A stretch of DNA of 64,000 bases, from contig NC_043010.1 of the NCBI RefSeq assembly GCF_006345805.1, forward strand, positions 6,262,001-6,326,000. Reading direction: 5' to 3'. The DNA comes from Octopus sinensis. Its lineage: Eukaryota. A program made the position numbers and the translations under genes. Shown here piece after piece: positions 49,431-63,865 of this stretch. Numbering within the stretch: position 1 is the stretch's first letter; each line of letters starts with the position of its first letter. Under the pieces are notes generated by a model that saw only the letters and a list, made by a program, of their open reading frames with translations, was not told the DNA's origin and did not search any database.

Positions 49431-49820
49431 CATTTTACTTGTTTTAAGTCATTGAGCCACAGCCTTGGGGGTACTGCCTTGAAGGTTTTAGTGGAACAAA
49501 TCAACCCCAGCGCTTAATCTTTTAAAATTTGGTACTTATTCTATCAGTGTATTTTGCTGAAATGCTAAGTCATGGGAATGTGAAGAAAATGACATCAGTT
49601 ATCAAACTGTGGTGAGAGGATACAAACTGAAACACACACACACACACACACAATTACAGATACTTACTTAGTTTCCATCTATCAAATTTATCCTCAAAGC
49701 ATTAATTGGCATGGAATTATTATAGAAAAACACTTTCCCAAAGTGTTGCACTGTGGGACTGAACTTAAAACTATGAGGTTGCAAAATGAGTTTCTTAACC
49801 ACACAGCCATCCCTGCACCT
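49431..49820 (-). mobile_element. SINE family A, diverged
   Basis: Tail to head recognisable, ending CCCTGCACCTA. Confidence 0.7.
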
Positions 49821-51483
49821 AACACAGATTTTTCTTTCTAATGTCATAGATCTTTTCTGTTTTGAAATACAATCAATAAATATTTTGCATATGTACACGT
49901 ATTTTAATGCAGGAACAATAGTAATAGTTCTTCTTCTTTAAGGATAAAATACAAAATTTAGAGTGAGCTTTGAACTCACATTAATAAGTTCTATTTATGT
50001 AACCTCTTAAAGCTCTCAGTTTCTCTATCTTCCACTTGTAAATTTAGGAACTTGTTAAGTATTTCTAGTTTTAAATATATTTATTCAGTTTTATGTAGAA
50101 ATCTAATAAGCTCAGCAGGAAGAACAGCTGCAGATGAACGTATCTCCATAAGAAATTATTTCATTTATAGAGATAAAAAAAAAATGTGTTGCTGAGTTGG
50201 TGGCTGTCTTCTACAAGTAGGTGATGTTGTTGTTGCTTAGTTTCACATTACCTCTGGTCAAACAGAACTATGATTAAAGGTGTTCCAGACATGACTTTCT
50301 TGCCTTTTATAAGAGTATACAGGAATGTGTATCAATGTGCCTTTTCTTTTCCAAGACAGGAAAGTGTAATTTTTTTAGGGAGATTTATGGCAGCCATTTC
50401 TAGCAGGCCTGTTGACCAGAGAGAGGCATGTACAGTAGCTCAAGTGTCAGCCTCATCAGTTCGATAATCATTAAGTTATTGGTGATGATTTAAATGTCAG
50501 AATAGCACAAGTTGGCATTGAAGTGGAAATGAGATCATAAGGGGTTCATACTTTACTTACAGACATTAGTGGTAAAGAAATAATCAAAACAGAGATGAAA
50601 TTAAGCCAGATATCAAATCATTAACCAATAGAGCATCATATTTTGTTGTTATAAATGTCATACTTGACATTTGTAAGTGACAATTGAAATATTAAGCTAA
50701 ATTTTGATTAAAAACTTAACATTGAGTTCTCTTACACAACAGCTCAAAAACTACAGAGGAATTTAAATAACACTGGAATTTATTAAGATGCTTATAACTT
50801 ATAAACAAAAATTCTTATTGCAAGAAATTTTAGTTTCCTTTTCCAAGAAAATTCATATGTAGTGAAATACATGTGTTATAACAAAAATTGAACTGCTATG
50901 CAATAATTGTAATACTTCATATGCAGTTTGTGATAATGTTGAATTCAGAGCTTTTAATAGCCCCAGGGAACTTATGCAATCTAAATGTTGAAGAAAATCA
51001 TTTAACACCTACACGAGAAACGTCAATAAATTTAAATATATTTGCAGCATGATTTCAATGTGAGCCACATATTGGGAAATTAAGATTAAAAACCTTGCTG
51101 TTCGGTGCTGGAATAGAATATATTGGACTATTGCTGTACAGTAACATAATATAATGTAGTTCTGTACAAGGAAAAATTTCTCTACTGCAACATAATATTT
51201 GCAACTGAAGAATAATAAATTATATTACATGAAACAATACAACATCAGAACATACCATATTACAACAATATGCTATATCCTTTCATAAGATGTTGTGTGT
51301 GAAACATTTAAATGAAATGCTATTTGATATCTTATAATATTGCAGTGAAAACTATATAACATGTAATGAGAAACACATGTTTACAACATACACATGAAAT
51401 ATATATCATATTATATCACCAAGGTGCTTGACATTATTCTAATACATGATAACATTTATATGTTAACATGGAAGTAAAAAAAA

Positions 51484-51487
<4 letters not shown>

Positions 51488-51550
<63 letters not shown>

Positions 51551-51559
51551 CATCCATCC

Positions 51560-51614
<55 letters not shown>

Positions 51615-51617
51615 AAC

Positions 51618-51700
<83 letters not shown>

Positions 51701-51718
51701 CCTACCTACCTACCTACA

Positions 51719-51781
<63 letters not shown>

Positions 51782-51856
51782 CTATCTGTCTGACTGTCTG
51801 TCTGTCTATCTATCTGTCTGTCTGTCTGTCTGTCTGCCTGCCTGCCTGCCTCTCTT

Positions 51857-51888
<32 letters not shown>

Positions 51889-51890
51889 TG
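51488..51890. repeat. (TCTA)n / (TCTG)n microsatellite
   Basis: Direct reading; SIYL ORF. Confidence 0.97.
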
Positions 51891-52731
51891 TGTGTATTCA
51901 TACATACATATGTGCATACTTACAGACATACACACTCATAGAGACACATACATACACACATGTGCATACATACATACAAACATACAAACATACATACATA
52001 CATACAAACATACATACATACATACATACATACATACATACATACATACATACATACATACATACATACACACATACATACATAAGTATGTATGAATGCA
52101 CACACACATGCACAGACACACACATGCACAGACACACACATACATATACACATACATTATAAACTATGCTTCCATGATAAAATACCACGTATCACAAAGA
52201 GATATTAGGATAGAAGAAATATAATTATGTATTGTACTATAAAACACAGCAAAAAAGAAAACAAAACATTACAATGAACTATAAAATGGCATATCATCAC
52301 ATGTGCAATGTTTTATATCACAACCGTATAATATTATATCAGGCAGTGCAATACAATGTGACATCGTGCTACCTCATATGAAGTATGCAGTAAGTGTCAT
52401 AGAGCTTGAAATGAATCTATGGGGAGACAAATTTTTGATAAGTGTCTTCATCCTAAGTCCAAGATAACAGGAGTTTGATAAGTTTATTTGCTGTGAGGAA
52501 TTTGGAATCTAACATTTTCTGTCATAACCATCACCTTACAATAAATAAAAAAAATGAAAAAAAAATTGGTGGTGTCCCTTGAGCTGGATGGAAGTAAAAG
52601 TCACTTAATTTTCCTTTTCCTTGTTCATTTACTGCCTTTTGTGAGAGGCATTAACCTTTTAATATCCCATTGCTCTTTAGAAAAAATGGGATATTAAAAT
52701 TTGTATCCAGTCAAAATAAACATTAGATAAG

Positions 52732-53241
<510 letters not shown>

Positions 53242-54526
53242 TCAGGTCATCCCATAAGTTCTGTTCGAATTTTGAATAAAGAAAACAAGTGATCAAATGT
53301 TATATTTAATTGAAATTTAATCATCAATGTACTTTCCCAGATTATCTTTGACTTCCTTCCATCTATTTACAATCTTTTTAATCCCATCAATGTAAAACTC
53401 TTTTGGTTTCAAAGTGAAGAACTCTGAAATGTCAGTTTCGACCTCCTGGCTTGTGAAAGTTATGTCCCCCAGATGATTCTGTAAGCTACGAAACATGGTA
53501 GTTTGAAGGAGCAAGGTTGAGAGAATAAGGTGGATGAGGAATTTTTTCTCAACCAAGCTTTTCGATCTTCTGTGATGTGATCTTTGCAGTGTGGGGTCGC
53601 ACATTGTCTTGATGAAACATCACTCCTTTTCGATTCACTAAAGCGGGTCTTTTTCTTCCTGCAAACCTTGGTTCAAACACTCTAATTGCTGACAGTAGAC
53701 TTCAGCATTGATTGTTGCATTTGGTGGCAACAATTCAAAGTGAATTACTCCTTTGCAATCCCACCAGATAGAGAGAAGAACATTTTTTCCATGAAGTTCC
53801 TTTCTCGGTTGTGGTTCAGCTTTTTCCCTTTTACCAAGCCACTGTTTACAACATTTAACATTTCGATAGAAGATCCATTTTTCGTGACCAGTCACAAGTC
53901 TATCCAAAAGGGGTGAAATAAGTTCACGAGACAGGAGAGAAGAGCAGATGTCAACTTGTGATTTGCGGTTGCTTTTGGACACTTCACGAGGCACCCATTT
54001 TTTCAAGTTTAGGAACCTTTCCAAGTTGTTGAAGATGACAGCGAACAGTTGTATGGCTTGAACTAAGGTTTATTGCCAATTCCTCAACTGATAATGCAGG
54101 ATCTTCTTCAAGAAATGCCTGAAGGAGCTTATCATCAAACTCAACTGGACGTCCTGTTCGATCTTCATCTTCAAGGCTGAAACCTCCACTTCTAAATTTT
54201 GCAAACCATCTTCTGCAAGTTCTTTCATTCAAGCATTCTTTCCCATAAATGAGTGTATGTTTTGAGTTGCTTCAGCTGCAGAGTTTCCTTTTTTGTACTC
54301 ATAAAGCATTATGTGCCTTAAATGCTCTTTGGATACTTCCATGTTAGAAAGGGTTTTAATGAAATAAATTTTAATTCTATTATTCTGTAAAATAATATTT
54401 AATTAATTTAAATGTACACAAAAGCATAAAAATAATTTTTAATTCCATTAGACATTCTAAAGTACTATTAAATTTCACTCAATTTAAAAAAAAGTAAAAT
54501 CGGACAGAACTTATGGGATGACCTGA
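53242..54526 (-). mobile_element. Full-length DD34D mariner, inactive
   Basis: 26-bp TIRs TCAGGTCATCCCATAAGTTCTGT(T/C)CG with TA flanks; 1285 bp long. Confidence 0.95.
53317..54342 (-). pseudogene. Mariner transposase pseudogene
   Basis: MEVSKEHLRHIMLYEYKKG..RWFAKFRSG..GRP..WVPRE..LVTGHEKW..WWD.KG..HQDNVRPH..HPPYSLNLAPSNYH; 34 residues between the second D and the third catalytic position; first D is H, third D is N, one TGA and about four frameshifts. Confidence 0.93.
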
Positions 54527-54796
54527 TATATATATATATTCATATATATATGTATATATATTTGTATATATATATATATATAAATAGGTATATATATATA
54601 TTCATATTATATATATATATACATACACACACACACACACAATATATATAAATATAATATAATAAATGTGAAAACTAATTTCTGTGTGTCAGTGTGTCAC
54701 ACTTTGACCCCTTCTCTCACTATTCAATGACACTTCTATTATTTCTCATGCAGTATGAGAATAATAGTAGGCATAGAGACGGTGAGGGTGGTGGCC

Positions 54797-54854
<58 letters not shown>

Positions 54855-54960
54855 TGAGGCAGAGAAAGAGAGACAAAGAAACTGAGGGAAAGTTGATGGA
54901 TGATTTATTAAAATTAGTAGTGTTGATGGTGGCAGTGAGAGTAATAATATGAGAGAGAGT

Positions 54961-55005
<45 letters not shown>

Positions 55006-55155
55006 TGGGTATGTGAGAGAAAGAGAGAGATGATGTACAACTTTGCTTAACCATGTCTCTTTGACAGAAATTCCTGTGGGTAACATACCGAACCAGCATA
55101 CTGAACACTTTTATACATGGTTTTATCATTTTTGCTTCATTTTTTGCTTTATTTA

Positions 55156-55203
<48 letters not shown>

Positions 55204-55668
55204 ATATATATATACACACACACACACACATATGGAAAGCGGACGTTAAGTTTTATAATAATTCATTTTTAGGAATTGCATAAAAAAATTGTTAAAACAG
55301 TTTGTGCATTGTAGAAATATAACAAATTTATTGCAGATAAATTTTAACAGCAAAATCTTAAATGAACTCCCAAGGGCCATATTGACCCCGGTTGAGAATC
55401 AATGATCTGAAAGACACTTATTTGCTTGTAATAGTATATCAGGTAAAAAAAAGGAAGTGATTTGACAATAGTGAATCAACAAATTTATATAATTACTAGA
55501 ATCTGAGAGTACTGATTATTTGTATGTATTAACAGGAATTACTATAGATGGTAGCTTGCCCAATTTAACCTCATGACCTGCCTATAGGGTACCTACTCTG
55601 ATACAATATCCAGATCAGATTTCCAGTCTGGGAATATCAAGATATGTCCCTTTTTATTCCTCACGTAC

Positions 55669-55773
55669 CTGAGATCCTAAAAATGCTATGAATTTCCTTT
55701 CTTCTTCTAGCTAAGCCATATTCCACTGTTTCTTATAGGTGGGGCCAGGCCTTCCTGGATGTGTCTGTGAGGA
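55669..55773 (-). other. Candidate 105-nt minus-strand exon with stops in all three frames
   Basis: Acceptor CCCACTTGCTTTTCAG (55774-55775) and donor CAG|GTACGT (55667-55668). Confidence 0.2.
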
Positions 55774-56556
55774 CTGAAAAGCAAGTGGGTGAATTAAATA
55801 CGACATGTTTAATAAAGTGAAATAAGCATCAGATATATTTTACTCCAAGTAGAAACTGCAGAAAGTTAATTACTTAGAAATGCTGCAAACTCCTTCCCTT
55901 GCTGATGACTAAGGCTGTTGCTTTGGTGAGACCTCTTCTGCATCTTCAACAGATATCTCACAAGCAGGGTCCTTAGTCTGTAACTTTGCCTGAGAGGGAC
56001 GGTAAGGGCTAAATTATCCTATGTCTGCAGAAGGGTTCCCTCTGCAGTTTTTGTCAACTACATCCACTTTGCTTTAGTCTCAGTAGTCATGGCTGTCTCC
56101 CTAATGCCTTTCTTCAGTTGCCAGAATTGCAAACAAATCTTTGGCATAAAACAGTCTACTCATCTTGCTGGGATATTGTTGCAAATGGCTTCAATAAAAA
56201 CTGAGATTGCATGCCATCGTTTTAAAATTATTCAATACCATGGTGAAAAGAAAAGTAATTAAATGAATGTAAATACTGTTTTGTATTTTCATAACTAAAG
56301 AAGATGAAGACAAAGTGTTACTTTTATTTGTGGTAGAGTTGGGGTAGCTTGTATTGCTACTTTCAAAATTACTGCCATAATACCTGGTAGGGTACAATAG
56401 TTAGTTTTGTTTTTCTAGACTCCGAGATCAAATCTTGCTGGCATTAGCTATGCTTTTCATATTTGTGTGGCTGATAAAATAAATAACAGTAATATACTGG
56501 GGTCAATTTAAACCACCTATACCTAGCTACATAAAAAACAAAAACGCATTAATATT

Positions 56557-56716
56557 TATTTCTTTATTGCCCACAGGGGGCTAAACATAGAGGGGACAAA
56601 CAAGAACAGACAAACAGATTTAGTCGATTATATCGACCCCAGTGTGTAACTGGTACTTATTTAAGCGACCCCGAAAGGATGAAAGGCAAAGTCGACCTCG
56701 GTGGAATTTGAACTCA
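56557..56716 (-). mobile_element. SINE family B, 5'-truncated
   Basis: Reverse complement of family B 3' part. Confidence 0.85.
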
Positions 56717-56980
56717 TTAGAGCTAGTAAGATTGCACAACAGCCAAAATTAGTGGAGAATTAGGCAAGATGTCTTGTATTTTTTTGTGTTAGAATCCAGA
56801 TAGTAATACTGTATAACTTTTGATCTACTTTATCAAAACTATAGCATAAAACAATTTCTAATAATATTATGTTTCCAGCAATGTTGTATAGATCTGTCAA
56901 CTTCATATTTCATGCTGTCATTATATTAAGGTTTCAGTTGACATAGTTTTCAATACTCTCCCTAACCGTAAAATTTTGAT

Positions 56981-57178
56981 TAAGACTGAATTTACAGAGT
57001 CTTATAAAGACTGAATTTGCAAACCTTTGTTAAGGTTGATTTTACAAACCCTTATAATGACTAAATTTACAAACCCTTCCGAAGATCGAATTTACAAATT
57101 CTTATAAAGATTGGAATTTGCAAATTCTTATTAATATTGGAATTTGCAAGCCTTTATTAAGATTGGAATTTACAAACC
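56981..57178. repeat. Degenerate ~25-bp tandem repeat, ~8 copies
   Basis: AAGA(C/T)TGAATTT(A/G)CAAA.CTTAT units. Confidence 0.8.
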
Positions 57179-57772
57179 AATATCATGAGGTCATCTTTGG
57201 CTTTCATCATTCTGGAGTCAATAAAATAAAATACCAGTGAAGTACTGTGTTCAATATAATCAATTATACACCCTTCTGAAATTTGTGGCTATGCGCCAAT
57301 TTTAGAGATCAGCTTTAATTTAGCACACCAGATGACAACTCACTGTCCTCCATCGTCTAATTAATAGATACCTCTAATTATGAAAAGTCAATTAGTTGAC
57401 TATTTATCACACCTGCATGTAATAAATTAAATATTGATTGCCTGATTGATTAATTGATTATATAAAATTATATTTCAGTTCTTCACTTGTTCTTGGTATT
57501 TGCCCATGTACTTGACTACGGTTCAAATGTTAGGCTCCTTATTAAGCACTTCAGTCAGTAAATTTGGTAGATGGAAGCTGTGTGAAAGCCTGTATGTATG
57601 TATGTATGTATGTGAAATACATACATACATACATACATCCATACATTCATCCATCCATCCATCCATCCATCCATCCATCCATACATGCATGCAAGCATAC
57701 ATACATACATACATACATACATACACACACATATGTACATACATACATACATACATACATACACACACACAC

Positions 57773-57810
<38 letters not shown>

Positions 57811-57896
57811 TATCATCATCATCATCATCATCATTGTTTAACGTCCACTTTCCATGCTGGCATGGGTTGGATGGTTTGACTGAAATAATAATAATG

Positions 57897-57929
<33 letters not shown>

Positions 57930-57930
<1 letters not shown>

Positions 57931-58133
57931 TTCAGACAAATACATAACAAAAACACCAGGACTTACAAACACATATAACATACAGAAAATTGCACTACTA
58001 GGCACTGCACACATCCTACGCAGAACACTTTCAATACAGTAACCATCAGAGCATCACAACAAATCACAGCACATACCCAAGGCACACAGAGCTGCGCTCG
58101 GTAGTGAAAGCACGCTATAAAAATAAAACTACT
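57930..58133 (+). mobile_element. R4/Dong-type LINE 3' end inserted in (AAT)n
   Basis: PGLTNTYNIQKIALLGTAHILRRTLSIQ* then 3' UTR ..ATACCCAAGGCACACAGAGCTGCGCTCGGT..CTACTG; (AAT)n on both sides. Confidence 0.85.
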
Positions 58134-58745
58134 GAATAATAATAATAATAATAATAATAACAATAATAATAACAATAATGATAATAATAATAATAATAAT
58201 TTCTTAAGTGACGAGAAGAAGGATTTGGTATTAATCTTTGTTTTGTACAACAGTCATTTTTAACCCACCCTGCTACTGTCCCTTATGGGTGGGACTCCTT
58301 TCAACATGTTGTGTTGCATCAATTTTGCAGTCTGGGTCTCATCAGGTACATCTATACATAAAGTTTCCGTCTACCAAATCCACTCACAAGACTTTGGTCA
58401 ACCTGAGACTATAGTGGAAGACACTTACCCAAGTTGCCATGCAATGGGACTGAACCAGGAATTATGTTGTTGGCAAGCAAGCTTCTTACCACACAACCAC
58501 ACTTCCGCGCCTTATTATTAGATATTTAAGTCAGTACTAAAATACTTAACGTAGTGAACAAAAACTATTTTAATTAATTAAGAATCTCTACTAAGAGGGG
58601 AGGGAAGCATTAGCCCAGTTTTAAAATCTAATTTAAACAGATAAGTAGCAAAATTTTATGCTGGGTTGTTACTGTTTGGTAAATAGTCAGAGCTTTTTGA
58701 TACTGGAATGTTGTTATAGTTATACAGCAGATATAAAGCATATGA

Positions 58746-58784
<39 letters not shown>

Positions 58785-58979
58785 CATATACATGTAAAGA
58801 CAAAAGAGATAACCATTTCTTTATAATATTTGGCAGGATTAGAAGTCTGAATTTGAAATTTAATGAATAAGGAAAAAATGCATACAACATAAAATATACA
58901 TATTGATTTTTTTTTGCTTACTCGTTACACACAGAGACACACACACACATATATACACAACAGGCTTCTTTCAGTTTCT

Positions 58980-59144
58980 TATTTCTTTATTGCCCACAAG
59001 GGGCTAAACATAGAGGGGGACAAACAAGGACAGGCAAAGGGATTAAGTCGATTACATTGACCCCAGTGCGTAACTGGTACTCAATTTATCAACCCTGAAA
59101 GGATGAAAGGAAAAGTTGACCTCGGTGGAATATGAACTCAGAAC
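58980..59144 (-). mobile_element. SINE family B, 5'-truncated
   Basis: Reverse complement of family B 3' part. Confidence 0.85.
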
Positions 59145-59827
59145 CTTAAAAATCTTCAATAAAACCTATGCTAGACAAAAAAATATTGAGAACAGAAAGC
59201 TTGAGCCAAGTAGCATGTTTTGAGCAAAATAGTTTGGCATCAGCAAAAAAACCAACCAATTGAATTCCCCAAATGGATTTGCTGATGTCACAAGGATACT
59301 AATCAATCAAGATTGTCCAACCCTGATATAAGACTACTCTATAATCTTCAAACCGAACAAAGAAATGAAAAATAATTAAGCATAAACTTGGACAGCCAGT
59401 TTACTATGACAGCTGGTACTCTCAGTTAAATATGAAGAACTGCCAGACAAACAGTCTCTGATAATCACCCGTTAAATATTTAGAATATAATAGAGCCTTA
59501 GGATTCTCCATATTTCAATATTTCACTACTTTTGAAAATCATGAAAATTAGGAAACCAGTTAAATAACCAGAAATTTTTTTAAAGGGCATTTTCAATTCA
59601 TCATCATCATCATCATCATCATCGTTTAACATCCGTTTTCCATGCTAGCATGGGTTGGACGGTTCGACCGGGATCTGGGAAGCCAGAAGGCTCCTCTTTT
59701 TTTTTTATATTCTTCTACTCATGTAGAGAAAGATCTTATTCTCATATATATCCATATATTTATACACACACACACATACACACACCCATTATATATATAT
59801 CTTATAAATATATATATATATATATAT

Positions 59828-60437
59828 CATCATCATCACCGTCGTCGTTGTTGTTTAATGTCTGCTTTCCATGCTGGCATGGGTTGGACAGTTTGAATGA
59901 AGGCTGGCAAGCCAGAAGGCTGCACCAGGCTCCAATCAGATCTGGCACAGTTTCTACAGCTGGATGCCCTTCCTAACTCCAACTACTCTGAGAATGTAGT
60001 GGGTGCTTATTCCATGCCACCAACACGATGGCCAGTCAGGCAGTACTGGCATTGACCACACTCAAATGGTGCTTATTATGTGCCACCAGTACAGGAGCCA
60101 GTCAGGCAGCACTCACAATGATCACGCTCAAATGGTGCTTCTTACAGACCACCAGCACGGGAGCCAATCGGGTAACACTGGCAACGATCATGCTCGAATG
60201 GTGCTTTTAACGTGCCCCTGGCATGGGTCCCAATCAGGTGGTACTGTCATCGGCCATGACAACAAGTTCACTTGCTTCAACAGATCTTCACAAGCACAGT
60301 TTATTGCCCAATGATTGAAGGGAACCCTTAAATGTGCTGGTTATGCTGCACTGGCATAGGCCACGGTTATGGTCTCACTTGGCTTGCCTGTTCTTCTCAA
60401 GCACAGCATATCTCCAAAGGTCTCGGTCACTTGTCAC
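59828..60437 (-). mobile_element. RTE LINE 3' end: last codons of ORF, full 3' UTR with tandem units, (GAT)n tail
   Basis: VTSDRDLWRYAVLEKNRQAK* (60375-60437), similar to the C-terminus at 9770-9820; about four ~63-bp units between 60000 and 60260. Confidence 0.8.
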
Positions 60438-61178
60438 ACATATATATATATATGGTGGCTGCCCCCTCATTATCGAGTATGGCCATTGCACGAAGCTTAA
60501 TCAATGTTGTTATCGTGCAATGCCTGTGCATATGTATGTGTATGCATATATATATATATATATATGCACACATATATATATATGCACACATGTACATATA
60601 TATATCTATATCTTATACTCTCTCTCCCTCTCTCCCTATATATGTAAAGAGTGTGTCTGTGTGTGTGTGTGTGTGTAAAATGCTGAGTGCAACAAATAAC
60701 AATTTATTTCATTTGAGAATGCTTTGTAGAAAACAGGATTATGTTATTGCAGCGAAGAATCTTTTATCTGAAGAGGAAAGTGGAGCAATGCTAATGAAAG
60801 ATAAATAATAATAATAAAGTATAACAGGGTTCATAACGATAATGATGAAACAGAATAAAAAATAATAAAGTTAAAATTATAAATATCAATAAAAAACAAA
60901 TATAAATATTAAAAAAACCCCAAATAAATGGGTAGATAAATGGATAGAAAGATAAATGGATTGATAGAAGATGATAATTGTACGGAAGGTGATAAAATAA
61001 GGATAAAGTTAAAATAAGCCGATAAATTGATGAGGGGACACCCAAGAGATACAACATCTCACAGCACGACAAATGAGTGAAGCTGGGTATAAACTATATG
61101 AAAGGGAATTCTCCATGTGGAGTCCACACACATGGACATACACTGACATGTATGAAAATGCATGTACACATACACACA

Positions 61179-61226
<48 letters not shown>

Positions 61227-61305
61227 CAAATTTATATACACAGATACATAAAGATACACTGGCACATATAACATACATAGGCACATATGTTTTATATATA
61301 CATAG

Positions 61306-61682
61306 GTGCAGGATTGGCTGTATGGTAAGAAGCTTGATTCCAAACTACATGGTCCTGGGTTCAGTCTCACTGCATGGTACCTTGGGCAAGTGTCTTCTAC
61401 TATAGCCTCAGGCCGACCAAAGCCTTGTGAGTGGATTTGATAGCCGGAAACTGAAAGAAGCCCGTCATATATATATATATATATATATATAACATAAGGG
61501 ACGTTAGCCATCCGAATGTGGCTAGGGACAGGGCAGGGCGGTGGGGGTGTTACTGATGCATAGGCTAAATGCATCAGTAACACCCCCACCGCCCTGCCCT
61601 GTCCCTAGCCACATTCGGATGGCTAACGTCCTTATGTTATGGGGCAGTTACTGTCTATACCTCGTTTAGAGAATTATTATTG

Positions 61683-61757
<75 letters not shown>

Positions 61758-62013
61758 TATATGTATGTATGTATATATGTATATATATATATATGTGTAT
61801 ATATTTGTGTGTATCTGTGTTTGTATCCCCACCATTTCTTGACAACCGATGGTGGTGTGTTTATGTCCATATAATCTAGCAGTTCAGCAAAAGAGACTGA
61901 TAGAATACGTACTAGGCTTACAAAGAATAAGTCCTGGGGTCGATTTGAATGACTAAAGGTGGTGCTCCAGCATGGCCACAGTCAAATGACTGAAACAAGT
62001 AAGAGAATAAAAG
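61306..62013 (+). mobile_element. SINE family A whose TA linker carries a foldback insertion
   Basis: 5' half 61306-61466, 3' half from about 61805 to the tail; insertion 61489-61683. Confidence 0.85.
61489..61640. repeat. GC-rich near-perfect foldback (72/73-bp arms, 7-nt loop) with G4 motif in each arm
   Basis: ATAACATAAGGGACGTTAGCC..GGGACAGGGCAGGGCGGTGGGGG..GATGCAT-aggctaa-ATGCATC..CCTTATGTTAT; one 1-nt indel between arms. Confidence 0.95.
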
Positions 62014-62287
62014 GGTATATATGTAACACATGCATTATTTTTATGAGAGGAAGCAATCATATAAACATATTCTACCATCAGTTCATATATGGTGTGAAAA
62101 ATAGTTATATTGTTAGTGTTTACTAATAACACAAATTTGAATGCTTCTGAAAAGACAACACTCTTGTGAAATAGGATTTTCACAGGTAAAGCAATATATA
62201 ACTAAATGACTGAGTTAAAAAAAAAAGATAATTACAGAATAGTGACATTTTAATAATGTTAGCTTATTATTTGATATTTTGTGGTTT

Positions 62288-62547
62288 CATCATCATCATC
62301 ATCATCGTTTAGCGTCCGCTTTCCATGCTGGCATGGGTTGGACGGTGCAACTGGGGTCTGGGAAGCCAGAAGGCTGCACCAGGCCCAGTCTGATCTGGCA
62401 ATGTTTCTACGGCTGGATGCCCTTCCTAACGCCAACCACTCCATGAGTGTAGTGGGTGCTTTTTACATGCCACCAGCATAGGTGCCAGATGAGGCTGGCA
62501 AACGGCAATGATCAGATGGTGCTTTTTACGTGCCACCGGCACGGGCG
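62288..62547 (-). mobile_element. RTE LINE 3' UTR end
   Basis: (CAT)n-CGTTTAGCGTCCGCTTTCCATGCTGGC..GGATGCCCTTCCTAACGCC. Confidence 0.78.
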
Positions 62548-62990
62548 TACATAATTCTTCATCTCTTAAATATAGAACTGTATGAACTAAATAGTACCTT
62601 TCAATTTAAAGGGACATAATACACAACAGGTGCACACATAAACCCATATGTATGCAAGGATGAGTGTGACACGCACACACACATTTAACGTATACAGTAT
62701 AGGGATAATAGTTTCTTATAATTCCTATGATATTGTTGTCTTGGCAAAGACATTTTTTGTTATTAATGATTTAGCTAGAAAAGAAAGGTAGATTCTTTTG
62801 GACCACATCAGGGCTCTGGGATTAGTAGTAGAAGGGTCAGAAACCTAACCCAAATGATTGCAATGGATTAGTGACAGAAAAAAAAAAGCATTTGAAGGTG
62901 AGAAGAATGGTGTTAGACATATCAATGGATCAAACCCACCTCTCTGCACACAAAACTGGTTAGAGTGACAGGGTTCCACATAGTTATCTC

Positions 62991-63370
62991 TTATTTTTTT
63001 CAGTCACTGGACTGTGGCCATGCTAGAGCACCACCTTAAAAGGGTTAGCTGAACAAACCAACCTCAGGGCTCAGCTTTTAAGACTAGTACTTATTCAATG
63101 TGCCACTTTGCCAAACTGCTATGTTATGAGGACATAAACAAAGCAACACTGGTTATCAGTTGCTGGTGGTGGGGAACAAACATACTCTACCTAATGTGTG
63201 TGCACACACTCCCTCACATACACATATGATGGGCTTCCTCACAGTTTCTCTATACTAAGTTCACTCACAAGGCATTGGCTGGCCTGGGGCTACAATAGAA
63301 GACTCCTGCCCAAGGTGCCATGCAGTGAACCAAAAACCATGTGGTTGAAAAGTAATCTTCTTAACCACAG
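62991..63370 (-). mobile_element. SINE family A, diverged
   Basis: CAGTCA..GGCCATGCTAGAGCACC..CACAAGGCATTGG..CCCAAGGTGCCATGCAGTG. Confidence 0.65.
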
Positions 63371-63481
63371 AACCCTCCTTAATTCCACTCACAGGGCTTT
63401 AAACAAATCATTATGAAGAAGACATTTAACCAGGGTGCAATGCAGTGGGGATAGAATCTGAAACTACAGTTTCAAAACTTG

Positions 63482-63865
63482 TGCTCCATCGGTTGCGACA
63501 ATAAGGGCTCCAGTTGATCTGATCAATAGAATAGCCTGCTCATGAAGTTAATGTGTAAGTGGCTGAGCACTCCACAGACACGTGTACCCTCAACGTAGTT
63601 CTCAGGGAGATTCAGCATGACACAGAGTGTAACAAGGCTGGCCCTTTGAAATACAGGTACAACAGAAACAGGAAAAAAGAGCGAGAGAAAGTTGTGGTGA
63701 AAGAGTACAGCAGGGATCACCACCACCCCCACCTCCTGCCAGAGCCTCATGGAAATTTAGGTATTTTTGCTCAATAAACACTCACAATGCCTGGTCTGAG
63801 AATCGAAGCTGCGATCCTGTGACCGCGAGTCTGTTGCCCTAACCACTCGACCAGTGTGCCTCCAC
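63482..63865 (-). mobile_element. SINE family D, full length, diverged
   Basis: Aligns along its length with 34218-34605. Confidence 0.85.

Noticed and set aside
52657-52699. 15-bp inverted repeat near the long TA tract
   Set aside because: Short and very AT-rich; could arise by chance.
56191-56397. 68-aa minus-strand ORF (MYPTRYYGSNF...)
   Set aside because: No homology recognised, alternative start codon, no consistent splice boundaries.
61632-61639. TTATGTTA at the foldback ends resembling the XerD arm of bacterial dif
   Set aside because: Eight AT-rich bases in an animal genome, with no XerC arm or spacer geometry; treated as coincidence.
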